The translations under genes and the position numbers were made by a program. Positions 1 through 13,050 of a DNA stretch of 64,000 nt are shown piece after piece. The notes below the pieces were generated by a model, which searched no databases, was not told where the DNA came from, and saw only the letters and a program-made list of their open reading frames with translations. Positions within the stretch are counted from its first letter, which is position 1, and every line of letters begins with the position of its first letter. The stretch lies in contig NW_026782247.1 of NCBI RefSeq assembly GCF_031769215.1, forward strand, positions 310,001 through 374,000, in the 5' to 3' direction. The stretch comes from Ylistrum balloti (taxonomy: Eukaryota).

Positions 1-75
1 TGAACCAATAACCCTTGATCTCTGTGAGCCAATAATCCATGATCTGTGTGAGCCAATAATCCATGATCTGTGTGA
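1..75. repeat. 24-bp tandem repeat (GAGCCAATAATCCATGATCTGTGT), about 3 copies, possibly continuing off the left edge
   Basis: Repeating units visible directly. Confidence 0.85.
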
Positions 76-821
76 TTTCAAAACTTGAATTTTTGTAAGG
101 TGTACTTGTATGTATTAATCTAAATGAGCTTAGAAGTGGATTTCACGTTAAAATGGATTCCTAAACTTCATTTTCTATAATGTTTACTTGAAATATTATG
201 GTGAATATTTAAACAATAATTTAGCCAGGTTTTAATAGGTATGTGATATCTTCTGAGTTTCTGTTCCATTTTCATGGAAGCTAATTTCTGGGTGGCAGAT
301 GGACTCTGTCAATATATATTATAGTAGGAGTTTAGATACAGCCTGTAGCATGCCATACCTCAATGTACTCTAGACAACCCTTGTGTACAGAGATGTTTAT
401 CATTAGGATCTAGACTTAACAAGATATACAGATTTACCTGTCAGCAGCTTTGACAGGTAGATGTATTGTACAGGTATGTTAACCCACCTGGCCAGGTGTT
501 CCCGACCTGTACTGTCTATATCCCATGTAGTGTCTCACCTCACTTCATCATTGACCTACATATATCAATTCCCACACAGTTGTAAAAAAATTCTTTCTCC
601 AGGTGTGAAAAAAAGTTTCATGTGAAATCCATTTGTATGTTAATTACAAGTTTAATGATTTAACGATTTATTGCTCTGCAGATGGGAAATAATGATATCC
701 ACTATTTCACATGAAGATTATTGATACATTAATGCACTGATTGAAAAAAAAAATGCTTTTGTTAAATTATTCATGGAAGTAATTAGACCAATAAGATGCT
801 TCTACTGAAACTAGATTTCAG

Positions 822-905
822 GTTTGAATAGTCTGCAAGATTTTGTGTGACAGAGCAACCTAGGTTTGAATAGTCTGCAAGATTTTGTGTGACAGAGCAA
901 CCTAG
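822..905. repeat. Tandem duplication of about 42 bp (GGTTTGAATAGTCTGCAAGATTTTGTGTGACAGAGCAACCTA) x2
   Basis: Two identical adjacent copies. Confidence 0.9.
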
Positions 906-1001
906 CTAGATCAGAATGGTACTGGGATAGTTTAGTTTGTTTCCCTTGGTTTGATTTAATGCCCCATGTATAGACAGGAATTAATTAATTAATTAATTTG
1001 A

Positions 1002-1190
1002 GGGTGATTTGGTGGCACAGTGGTAATACACTCGCTTTTCACCTCGCTGTCCGGGGTTCGATTCCAGGAATGAATGTGAAAATGTTTCCTCCCATAATCA
1101 GACCCCCAGCGGTTATATCCGAGCTAACAAGAGTGATTGATATAAGTTGAAATAATGATCAACGTCACTTGTTGTAAAATAAATGCAGTT
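1002..1190 (+). mobile_element. tRNA-derived SINE, family B, internally deleted copy
   Basis: A-box TGGCACAGTGG (1013-1023) and B-box GGTTCGATTCC (about 1055-1065). The 3' part AACAAGAGTGATT..ATAAGTTGAAATAA..TTGTAAAATAAAT is shared with the minus-strand copy at 59267-59454. Preceded by (AATT)n. Confidence 0.8.
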
Positions 1191-1626
1191 TATATACGGT
1201 ATATATAATTTGAGAATGTAGCTGACGAACAACTTATGGGAGGCCTGTCACATGATATCTAGAGCAATTGGTGTCTTGTCCATGTACAAAACTACAACAG
1301 CACAGACTGGTCTATTTTCTCTGCTTCTTAAGATACACAAACTGCCACTGTTACAACAGGAACCTCAGACTTGTGTATGTAGGGGGAGTTTACCAACACT
1401 TAACCAATGGAGCCCTAGTTGACTTTGGTACTGGGATGTATAATGAATATATATATATACAATAATGTTTCACTTATAATTGGAAAATTTGAAATATGGA
1501 AAAAGAAAATCACTCCATAGCCTAACTCTCAGTCAATATATTCTGTAGATTAATATACAGTAATGCGTGTGTTGTTCAGAGCTTGCAACTTTAAAACTCA
1601 TTAAAAAATCATTTCATAGAGTAAAG

Positions 1627-1688
1627 CAATTTTGGTAGATGAATCAATTTTGGTAGATGAATCAATTTTGGTAGATGAATCAATTTTG
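1627..1688. repeat. 18-bp tandem repeat (CAATTTTGGTAGATGAAT) x3.4
   Basis: Repeating units visible directly. Confidence 0.9.
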
Positions 1689-2600
1689 CTATTAATCCTT
1701 TTTATAATCATGGAGTAATTGTGTAACTTTTCGCATTGTTAGTTTAAATGCAGATTTTGAAAAAAAAAAACCTAAGCATTGATTTTGCTGGGTGAAAAGT
1801 TAATAAAAATTGTCTTTGTGTTTATTGATTGTTTGTGATAATTAGAGACCAGGATAATGAGATGTATTTAAGTCAGATTTCACATATTGAACTCGGGCAC
1901 TAAAAACAGATTTGTCAAATAAATGTAGAATTAATTTAATTATGGCTTCTTAGAAATTAAAACACAATTTGCAAGAATTAAACCGATGGATGAATTCTGA
2001 AAGTGATGGAAAGATGCGTCAGGCTCCCGAGATCAGATGTGGCACTCATCTTCCTCTTCTTTGTTACAGCGTCACAGGTCCATCACAAATTCATTAAGTG
2101 TTCGGAAAAGACATCAGAAAGTTTCTTCAAATTATTGTAATTTCTGTTTGATTAAAAAAAAAAGATCTATCAGATGGAGGGTTTCCTTGTATGAAGTTGT
2201 AACAGTTGGATGTTTAAATAAAACATTTTAAGAGTGAAGCATTTATAATATATTCCAGTTAAATGGGATCAGAAGTCAAATTTACCATGTACCACAGTAT
2301 TAGGTGGTGAAGTTTTAAATTATGAAAAAACAGAAAAAAAACATCAAGAAATAATAAACTGTCTCAGAAATTAATATATCTTTTAGTGATAAAATAACAC
2401 AATTTTATTGGTCAGGAATCAAGGTTGCCTGAACTTTAATTTTGTCTTTGTCCATAACTTTGATCAAATGTCAAACCAGAATTGGTTTTTTGTACAAATC
2501 CAATCATTGTCGTCTGTATTCTAATACAGATTGAATCTCTCAGTGGGCCTGTTTGTATCATTTTGTGAAGCTTAATAAAAGCCTGTATGATTTGATAAGG

Positions 2601-3350
2601 GAGGAGGATGGTAAGGGTAGGAAACCAAGTAGAGGGGATGGTAAGGGTAGGGAACCAAGTAGAGGAGGATGGTAAGGGTAGGTCACCAAGTAAAGGGGTA
2701 TGGAAAGGGTAAGGAACCAAGTGGAGGGAGATGATAAGGGTAGGGAACCAAGTGGAGGGGGATGGTAAGGGTAGGGAACCAAGTGGAGGGGGATGGTAAG
2801 GGTAGGGAACCAAGTAAAGGGGTATGGAAAGGGTGAGGAACCAAGTTGAGGGAGATGGTAAGGGTAGGGAACCAAGTGGAGGGGGATGGTAAGGGTAAAG
2901 AACCAAGTAGAGGGGGATGGTAAGGGTAGGGAACCAAGTGGAGGGGGATGGTAAGGGTAGGGAACCAAGTGGAGGGGGATGGTAAGGGTAGGGAACCAAG
3001 TAGAGGGGGATGGTAAGGTTAGGGAACCAAGTAGAGGAGGATGGTAAGGGTAGGGAACCGAGTAGAGTGGGATGGTAAGGGTAGGGAACCAAGTGGAGGG
3101 GGATGGTAAGGGTTGGGAACCAAGTGGAGGGGGATGGTTAGGGTAGGGAACCAAGTAGAGGGGGATGGTAGGTGTAGGGAACCAAGTAGAGGGGGATGGT
3201 AAGGGTAGGGAACCAAGTGGAGGGGGATGGTAAGGGTAGGGAACCAAGTGGAGGGAGATGGTAAGGGTAGGGAACCAAGTAGAGGGGGATGGTAAGGGTA
3301 GGGAACCAAGTTGAGTGAGATGGTAAGGGTAGGGAACCAAGTGGAGGGGG
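2601..3350. repeat. G-rich 31-bp minisatellite (GATGGTAAGGGTAGGGAACCAAGTGGAGGGG), about 24 copies
   Basis: Period 30-31 bp. It explains the Pro/Leu-rich minus-strand ORFs between 2436 and 3387. Confidence 0.95.
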
Positions 3351-4361
3351 AATGAGATTCAGAAATGCCAACAAAGGGAGTGATCATTGAGGATCAGCAG
3401 CCAGGGATTTCACACTAGCAGATGACTAATAATTCAAGAGAATTAAGGCTTAATTAAAAACAAAGTTGATATATAATTCAATTCTTTGATTGTCTAATAA
3501 ACAGAAAATGTTGTGATTGTGGAACAGACGTTGTTCTTCATGGGGAATTTAAGTCTTTATTATTTTTCCTTGAAAACCAATTTTGCATTCTTTGAATATG
3601 TTTCATGTATCAGGTTGAATTTGGCTGCACAATTACGAATGGTGTCTGGTTGTATTTATACGCATACTAGTCTGGGTTTCACAATCACCTGATCATGAGT
3701 TTGATTCCCTATTCATATTTAATTTACTTACAAAACAAAAGTAGTTTAAAATTGGATTTCATTGTTATCTTGTCCTATGACTTTTGATGTTTTCTTCCTC
3801 TGTATTCATGATTGGGCTGTTGTATTTGTCGCCTTCACTAAAGTAAATGGGGCTGTTTTGTCTTTCCCCCCCCCCTTCTCATTTTTGAATTTGATTTGGC
3901 TGTTACGCTTCCCTCCCATTTATATGCTGCTTTGAAAAATCATGGCTTAACTCCCAGAAACTGCCATCATATATCAGTCTTCACAGGTCCATTGAACTAT
4001 GATGTTGGTGTCTACTACACAAACTCTGCTGTTGATGAGTGAATATATCTGTTGAGGTCTAGTGGTAGACATGTTGGAACTTTGAGATATACACACGATA
4101 AACCTGAAGATATATAACGATCCATAGAAGAGACTGCACTTTAAATGTCACAACTGAAGGCAGATGTTTTTTAGGCTTGTTTACTTACACCTCGTGTTTT
4201 GCTGCCTTTAGGACGCTAAAGATTTAGTGATTTCCAGCAGATTAGACAGTTTTCATTTCTTCTATTTTGTATTTTTTAGTAAACAGTTTTCATACATTTT
4301 CTTGCATATTAGTCGCTTATCAAATCTTGTCATTCATATGAGATAGTTTTCATACCTTCTG

Positions 4362-4905
4362 TTTTTGTGTCGCCTGCAGAGCTGGCAGACACTTAGGAAT
4401 CACTTTGTCCGTCTTCACGTGTCGTCTCGGCGGCATCAACGTCTTCCATACGAAAGTTTTCGGGACTTTTTTCGATCATGCTTTGAGTTATCAAAATGAA
4501 ATTTGTATATGGCTTTTTGTTACAAGAATACAGATTAAGTTTGATTCCTGACTGTCTGTGACCCTTCTTGGCTGAGTTATGCCCCTTTGAACTTTGAAAA
4601 TTTCTCAGGAATATTGCTTCGCGCAGTTTTCCCTGTATGCTTCAAGTTATAGAAATGAAATTTGGTATTACAACTTTATGGTTGATTGTTGCACATACAG
4701 TTCAATTTCTGGGTGACCGTGACACTTTATGAAGGCGACACATACAGTTCAATTTCTGGGTGACCGTGACACTTTATGAAGGCGACACATACAGTTCAAT
4801 TTCTGGGTGACCGTGACACTTTATGAAGGCGACACATCCAGTTCAGTTTCTGGGTGACCGTGACACTTTATGAAGGCGACACATACAGTTCTGAGGAACT
4901 CTTGT
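4362..4905 (+). mobile_element. Non-autonomous Helentron-type element (HINE) with its 3' 47-bp segment amplified x4
   Basis: 5' TTTTTGTGTCGCCT and 3' AGGCGACACA form subterminal inverted repeats. GTCCGTC-like motif near the 5' end. Degenerate core repeats (GAAATTTG..TATGCCCTTTGAACTTTG). Terminal hairpin AGTTC-TGAG-GAACT followed by CTTGT. Confidence 0.75.
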
Positions 4906-4950
4906 CATACCTTTTCTTTCATATTAGTCTCTTATGAAATCTTGTCTTTC

Positions 4951-5485
4951 ATATTAGACAGTTTTCAGTCCTTCTGTTTTGTGTTAGACAGTTTTCAGTC
5001 CTTCTGTTTTGTGTGAGATAGTTCTCATACCTTCTGTTTTATGTGAGATAGTTTTCATACCTTCTGTTTTGTGTTAGACAGTTTTCATTCCTTCTGTTTT
5101 GTGTGAGATAGTTTTCAGTCCTTCTGTTTTGTGTGAGATAGTTTTCAGTCCTTCTGTTTTGTGTGAGACAGTTTTCATACCTTCTGTTTTGTGTTAGACA
5201 GTTTTCAGTCCTTCTGTTTTGTGTTTGACAGTTTTCAGTCCTTCTGTTTTGTGTTAGACAGTTTTCAGTCCTTCTGTTTTGTGTTAGACAGTTTTCAGTC
5301 CTTCTGTTTTGTGTGAGATAGTTCTCATACCTTCTGTTTTGTGTGAGATATTTTTCAGTCCTTCTGTTTTGTGTTAGACAGTTTTCAGTCCTGTTTTGTG
5401 TTAGACAGTTTTCAGTCTGTTTTGTGTGAGATAGTTTTCAGTCCTTCTGTTTTGTGTGAGATAGTTTTCATACCTTCTGTTTTGT
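4951..5485. repeat. 30-bp minisatellite (GTGTTAGACAGTTTTCAGTCCTTCTGTTTT / GTGTGAGATAGTTTTCATACCTTCTGTTTT), about 18 copies
   Basis: Period 30 with two interleaved variant types. Confidence 0.95.
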
Positions 5486-6505
5486 ATCTTACAAATTTAC
5501 AATTTCTCACAGAGAAATAAACTCTATATTTGAATATGCTGAATTATGATAAAAACATAATCAGACCATTAAATGTTATAGCAATCTTAAAAACGATCAA
5601 TTAACACCTGTTTCTATGCCTTTTGTACATGTTATCTCATCTCTATATACCGATTAAAGCAACAAATATGTTTTCTGATTGAAATCTATTTCTTTGTCAA
5701 GATATTCATTTCACAATTTGTAATCCTTGGATAGCTGCAGTGCTAGAGAGTTGGAATATAAATTACTGCATTTATGTCCCATTAAGCCTACGTCTGGTAA
5801 TAAGCCCACCTGTATTGACCTCTATTCAGTAAAGAGTTACCAAAAAAAACTTTTTTCATCATAGTCCAGTCATCATTTAGAATGTGTAGTTTGACTGTGT
5901 ATGATAAATTTTTATTTTTTAAAAACTTTATAAAGCTGTCTGATGTACCGGAAAACCTGTAGACATTTTGATAACTAGAAGTGCTAATTCAGTGGGCGGA
6001 TAATTTAGTCATTTTCAAAACCTGGCTTGGGTATTAAGTTGGGTGTTTACCATATCTTTGTACATTAAACATGGATGAAATATAAATTATGTTTGCCTCT
6101 GGAAGTTTGACTATAGGGAGTGACTTCCTTACATCCTAATTAACAGATTATATCTGTGGATATATGACTGTTTCAATAGCTGTACAATGGTATAGACATC
6201 AGAATCTCATCTTGTTTTGTGGGAGGGGACATAACTCTTGTTCAGGGTAAGGAAGAATTAAAGGGAGATAATTATGACTTTTCTGTTGCTAGGCATTGGA
6301 AACTCATCTGGGAGGGAGATGATAAACTTTCCTTTTTGCTTTTTTTTCTGGCAGTTTTAAAATTGAGCTTAGAGGTTATCTGTGACATGGAACCTACTGC
6401 ATGTGTCAAGTGTACTGTTACAAGCAGCACACCTGCTTATTTTCAATGAAATATGAGCTATCACCAGATGCAAAAAAAATCTCTTTTTTTTGTTTTTGTA
6501 ATTAA

Positions 6506-6650
6506 GAGTTATCTGCACTTTTGAGCAGGTATTGATTATAAAGTCTGTTTTTTATGCGGATAATTTGTCATATATTTGTGAGAAGATGTAATTTTCTTGT
6601 ACAAACTATTGATATAACAATAAGTAACTGCTAACAAGAGCAGATAACTC
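6506..6650. mobile_element. Small inverted-repeat-bounded element (MITE-like), copy 1
   Basis: Ends GAGTTATCTGCACTTTTG ... CAAGAGCAGATAACTC are inverted. Internal sequence is similar to 54245-54386. Confidence 0.55.
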
Positions 6651-7998
6651 AGTGTTACAAAAAAATAAAATATTCATACTTTCTTTGCATGTCCATTTTA
6701 TCTCCACTGATGATCATATCTAGCAATGCAACTTCTCCAGAGTATTTTTCTTTAAATTTGTAAAACTCTTTCTTTTTTGACTGACATGTCAAATCCAGAT
6801 CTGATAAAGGCATTTTTTTCACAAAATAAATAATTGTTGAAACATTACACAATATCTCTGTTGACTGTACTTCGTGCCATGTCTGAATATCTTTGAATCA
6901 CGCAGAGAGCAGTCAATTAAATATAAATTGAGGCAGATCTTTCTCTACCTGTTATCAGTACCTCTCCAGGTGTTACACCTGGGGCAATAATAAACGTCAG
7001 TCATGTGAGGGTAACATACATTTGTGTAATTCCAGACTACAGTGTAGTTCTGATTCAGGTGAGCTCTTGATCCAAACCTTATAGAATCATGGAGTTGAGC
7101 TCTATAAAGAATCAAACACAATTCAAGCTCAATTTATAAATCTCCTTTATTTTAAGAAAACATTTCATTGAGTATAATTGTATTTGTGTTGCAGATTCTG
7201 GCTGCTTTTGAAAACCCAAGATATTGAGTGTGATAACAAACCAATTCCTCATTAATATTAAGTGCTAGCATAGTATCTAGCAGTAAACACATTTGTGAAA
7301 AAACTATATTGAAATCAATTGCAGATTCAGCAGAAATGCCAACAATTACAATATATATATATTTATCATTACCATAAAGTCAGTAATTTCCAAAGGTCAA
7401 AATTTTCGCATCTTTTAAAATGAGAAAAATGATTTTTGAATGAAATTTGAAATTTTGCAATATGTTTGTAAAATAAAATCTAATATGTACATGCCTCATA
7501 ATTTCGTTGATTAAGTTTTTGCAGTCATGCATGATAGCATGATCATAGCATGATATTGTGGAAAGATTATCCCTGCAAATATCACCAGTAATACCATACT
7601 CTGAAATAAGCCACGCCCCCAAACTAGAGGTTAGAGATTTAAGATGGCCCCAAGGGTATAGCAGTATAGATGGAGTGATTGTCAACCAGGTCACTTAAAA
7701 CCTTTATGGAAAAGGAATCGCTAGGTTTAAACTAAATATGAGTTATGGTAGAAAAGCATTTTCTAGTTGATGATATTGTGGCAATATATCGTCACCCTGG
7801 TGTCATGCCCTTATTGATTAAATCTAATTTACTGGAAGAACCAGAGTTGACAGTGTGAACGGGGAAAGAAGGCGATTATATATTTTCAGTAAGTGTTGAA
7901 TCCGGGTATGAGGGTGTCTAATTGGTAAATGTTTCAATTACTGGCAGTACCTACAATGCTGTAATATAACACAGCACAGTATGATACCAATTAGTCTT

Positions 7999-8345
7999 CT
8001 CAACCACCTTGGTATGACCTCTGTTGTCTTCCATAGTATGCCTTCTCCACCACCTTGGTATGATCTATGTTGACTACCATAGTATGCCTTCTCCACCTTG
8101 GTATGATCTCTGTTGTCTACCATAGTATGCCTTCATGACCTTGGTATGATCTCTGTTGTCTTCCATAGTATGCCTTCTCCACCACCTTGGTATGATCTCT
8201 GTTGTCTTCCATAGTATGCCCTCTCAACCACATTGGTATGACCTCTATTGTCTTCCATAGTATGTCTTCACCACCTTGGTATGATCTCTGTTGTCTACCA
8301 TAGTATGCCTTCACCACCACCTTGGTATGATCTCTGTTGCCTCTC
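7999..8345. repeat. 43/46-bp minisatellite (CCACCTTGGTATGATCTCTGTTGTCTTCCATAGTATGCCTTCT[CCA]), about 8 copies
   Basis: Periods of 46 and 43 bp, differing by one CCA-type triplet. Confidence 0.93.
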
Positions 8346-10319
8346 TAACACCTCTGTCTTGGTCAGTTCAGACAAATTGGACATAAACTTCGGTAGTTTC
8401 AAATACTCTCTCTATCTTTATTTCCCTGTAGAAAACTGGATATCTGTTGAAAGTCAAGAGGTCACTGACAGCATCCGGGGCTAATCAGTATTGAAGAGAC
8501 TAAGCATTGGTAAATGCAGATTTAAAAATGGTCATAGATTTCATTTGGATTGCATGAGGTCAAAAGCTAAAGGTTTTGAAAATGAAACAAAAGAATTATC
8601 TCCACTTTTAGCGTTTCAAAAACCTGAAGTTGATAAAAAAGAGATAAAATTGTGTACTTTCCACTTGAACAATAGAGATTAGGTTTGGCTTATGTGTGGA
8701 GGGTTTGGAATAACTGATGTTTAATTGCCCTGGAGAATAAAAAATAACCCTGTAACCTACCTTTAGACGGGTTTAATTACTCTGGTTATCAAGGCAGGTT
8801 AATAGAAAAAAATTCTGCTGGTACTGTTTATGTAGGGATGTAACTATGGTGATGCATGTTTGGACGTTAGGGAATCAGGATTGAAATAGGGTACAATGGT
8901 CAATTTAAAGGAAGGGGAGGGAACTTGTGTCATAGGGGCGGGTCAACACAGTTCTTTGTTTTAGAGCATTTGATTAGTTTAGAATTCTCGGCAGAGACCC
9001 AGAAAGGAAAGTCAAGATTTTCAGGTCCGGGTCAACGGGGAAGTGTAGGGCTTGGGTCAATGCATGTACTTGATAGTATTATCAAATTTGCATTGCTCCA
9101 CACACTTTGATTACGTAATGAATTGATAATGGAATTATTGCTGTCTTTTTAGTGTAGTTGAGGGAACAGTCGGCCATTCAGCATGTGACTAACATGCTGT
9201 CAGACACTAGACTATGTCTTAATCTTTGAGAGATGAATTTAGGGTCTGAGTTGTTGAAGATCGATGTAATGAAAAGATTTGATTCAAATCTTGCCTGTCG
9301 ATGACTGATTACTAACCTCGGAGGATATGGTTTTGAGGAAGATTCACATGTTTGTTTTTTTTATACAATCTATTGCTTGATAGATAAGCTGTAAGTCCAG
9401 TTTATTACAAAAAAATGTTTGCAGTTGTTTCATATATAGTTTTATAATGAAAATCGTTTTTGGGGTTGTTCAACTTCATATAGTACAGAATGTAGGGATG
9501 CAGACTCTATACCTAATTATGTGACAATATTATTAGCGCTGTTTTTTCTCCTTTGATTACCAGCATCCTTTGCCTCCAGAACTTGGGAAATATAATGAGA
9601 TTTTCTGTCAGTTTTGTAAAATATTCTTGGATTTTACTTATTTTTGGGAAAATAATCTAAATTTTGGCTTAGGGAATCAGCATTTTGTTCGACTGTGAAA
9701 CAGCTAGAGCAGGAACTCACTGGCTATTATGCTGACAGGTCACCAGGTATATGTGAATACAAGCTCAGAGTGATAACCACTAATTCCACATTTGTTATTT
9801 AATTAAACAGTGATTTATCTACATTTTAAAATGTCAGGATATTTTAAATAAAAAAATGCAAATATCAGGACATTCCCTATATAGCATGTTAAAATTTTCT
9901 AATTTTAACAGGACAATTTAGATAAGTTGGGAAGTTTTGGTGGATTAATCTGATGTGTTATAATGATTTCTTGTTAATTAGAAATATAAAAACACAGTGA
10001 AGTTTACTTAAAGGTATAAAAATGGAATATGTATGGATCAAGTATTGTGTTAATCCTATTGAAGACTTAACATAGAGTATACTTGACTCTTAAGAAAGAT
10101 TAGGAGAAATAGAATCTAGGATGTTTGAAGTGGCCTAAGCTGATTAGCAATAGAGCACTTAACACCAGAAGTGTAAAAGCTAGGAATGCTTATAAATCCA
10201 CTTATACATATAATGGGCCTACAGTTCTTCTTAACTATGTAAGTGCATTATGATAAGATATTATGGTGATGCACACTGTAGTGTATGTAAATCAGGACGA
10301 TGAAAGGAATGTATCCCAG

Positions 10320-11212
10320 GTTTACTGTAGGTCACATGTACTTAATACTGCCTTATATATTATATATGTAATTATAGAAGAGTTAAGGGGGAATCCTACC
10401 TGTACCAACTGTAGGTGACAGGTACCTATCTGATACTGCCTTATATATTATACATGTACTTTGTGGTGCAGTTAAGGGGGTATCCTACCTTTGTTAGCTG
10501 TAGGTCACATGTACTTAATACTGTCTTATATATTATACATGTACTTTGTGGTGCAGTTAAGGGGGTATCCTACCTTTGTTAACTGTAGGTGACAGATACC
10601 TATCTGATACTGCCTTATATATTATACATGTACTTTGTGGTGCAGTTAAGGGGGTATCCTACCTTTGTTAGCTTTAGGTCACATGTACTTAATACTGTCT
10701 TATATATTATACATGTACTACCTTTGTTAACTGTAGGTGACAGATACCTATCTGATACTGCCTTATATATTATACATGTACTTTGTGGTGCAGTTAAGGG
10801 GGTATCCTACCTTTGTTAACTGTAGGTGACAGATACCTATCTGATACTGCCTTATATATTATACATGTACTTTGTGGTGCAGTTAAGAGGGTATCCTACC
10901 TTTGTTAGCTTTAGGTCACTTGTACTTAATACTGTCTTATATATTATACATGTACTTTGCGGTGCAGTTAAGGGGGTATCCTACCTTTGTTAACTGTAGG
11001 TGACAGATACCTATCTGATACTGCCTTATATATTATACATGTACTTTGTGGTGCAGTTAAGGGGGTATCCTACCTTTGTTAGCTGTAGGTCACATGTACT
11101 TAATACTGTCTTATATATTATACATGTACTTTGTGGTGCAGTTAAGGGGGTATCCTACCTTTGTTAACTGTAGGTCACATGTACTTCATACTGTCTTATA
11201 TATTATACATGT
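10320..11212. repeat. Two-monomer satellite (85-bp A and 89-bp B) with about 174-bp higher-order alternation
   Basis: Unit starts at 10327, 10411, 10500, 10585, 10674, 10733, 10822, 10911, 10996, 11085, 11170. Confidence 0.93.
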
Positions 11213-11799
11213 GATTTGTAGTGGGTTTAGGATATTGATTTCTCTGTTTTACTTGTATTTTTCGAGGAATAAGGACCTATTCCACCATCTGCTGTGTATG
11301 TTTGATATGTGTTTTACACAAATTTAACTTAAATTTTGATTCATCCTTCTTCCATAGGAGTCGTATTTGTGATAATCCTGATCTTATATTTAAAGGTTTG
11401 AAATATGAATATTATTTCATATGACAATGTGATGGTTTTATGTATATATCACTGGTTTGATATACCCTGAATCATCTTTCATTGGCTACTTAAGTCATAA
11501 ATTAATGCCATATAGAAAATGGTGTTACATCATATATTGAAAATGGTGCAACAAAATGGTTGCCTTCGTTTGATTTTGTCCTCCACATTTGGACTTTAAA
11601 ACCTATCAAAATGCAACTTTGATAATGTGATAAAAAGTGTCTTAGATTTGTTTTATTTCATATGTGATTTTATGAAACCTGTCTTGAATTTTCAATTTTT
11701 GCTTTTTAAGACTTACCAAAATGAAAAACCTGACGACTTGTTTCATAAATTCTCATTTGAGATGAAAACTCATTTAAGATGTTGTATATATATTGGGAT

Positions 11800-13050
11800 C
11801 ACATTGGGGCCTTTTTATAAGTCCACCCAATTCTACTTTGTATCCAGAGTTCTATTTGGCTGCTTTCCTCTCAAACATCAGTGTTTCCTGATCACTCATG
11901 TGCAAAGGTGAAAGGGCAAGGCCACTGATACTATAAATAGATATCGGTTGCTAATACAGTTTATTGAATTCTGTTGTGTAGTTTTCACTCTGTCTTTATT
12001 CAGGGCTTCTCCTCTGATGGTGGTGACTTAGTATTGTTTTTCATGTCTGTAGGTCAAAGGTCACGTCACTCTTATCATAAATGAGACCACTTCATCAAAA
12101 TCTTCAAAAGTTTTTCCTTACAAAACTTTGTACATCAATGAAATATTCTGCTCTCCTGAATCTGGATAAAACTTGCAGTAATGTAATTTTGCGCTGTTTT
12201 AAATATGTACATGAATCACTACTAGGATGAATCTGTTATCAGACATAAGAGTTTGAGATTCAAAATGTCTGCTTCTGTTGTATATTTGTAGAAAAGAGTA
12301 TAGTAATGAGTGATAACACTAGACGCCTCGGGCACGAGGTCTGTATATGTATCTTCAATAATGAAATATTCATAAATCTCCACCAGGAAATGAAAAGACT
12401 TTCACCTTTGTGAAGTAACTACTGCTTGGCATTCAAAACTCTTCATATTGTAAATAATAAACTCAAAACATCATGTATAATGGAAAGACCATCAAATATT
12501 TATATTTGTGGCAGATGAAATATTTCTGTAATGGGCTCTTTAGTCATAAATAGTTTTAATCTACCAACTGATAGGTTCAGTGGCCAACACTAAATATAAT
12601 TCTAATGATTTACGTGCAATGCAGATTTTTTATGGCCTCAAAATATACATTTCAATAAAACAGAATTTATTGGTGTACTTTAGCTGCCATTTTTTACCAT
12701 GGAAAAAAAGTTAAAGTGAGATTGTTATAGATGATATAATGGGCCTTGGATGATGTTCATTCGGCTTACCAGACAGGGTTCAATACTACATATCATCGTG
12801 CTCAAAATGTATAATTTATAGACTATGAACTGAAGTTTCAGGGGTCGAAGACCTAGGCCAAGGCCACTTATTAAAAAATCATTACAGTGACATCACACAA
12901 GTGACTTCCTGACTTACTGCATTTTGAACGAATTATATAATAAGACTACCTTATATGGATTTAGGTTTCCAAGGTTAAGGTCAGGATTACTGTGAAGAAA
13001 AAAAGGATATCGTAAATTGCATGGAAGTGTACCTAGACATTTTGTTTTTT
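11800..13050. mobile_element. Degraded HINE-like core repeats (low-confidence boundaries)
   Basis: Motifs AGGTCAAAGGTCA (12051-12063), AAAATCTTCAAAA, GGCCAAGGCCAC and AAGGTTAAGGTCA are typical of bivalve HINE cores. No clear termini. Confidence 0.3.

Noticed and set aside
1002-1070. Functional tRNA gene
   Set aside because: A and B boxes are present, but there is no complete cloverleaf or acceptor stem, and the sequence continues into a SINE body shared with another copy.
2436-3387. Five Pro/Leu/Thr-rich minus-strand ORFs up to 260 aa
   Set aside because: They are translations of the 31-bp minisatellite in several frames, with no unique domain.
7938-11327. ORFs over the 43/46-bp and 85/89-bp arrays
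   Set aside because: Repeat translations only.
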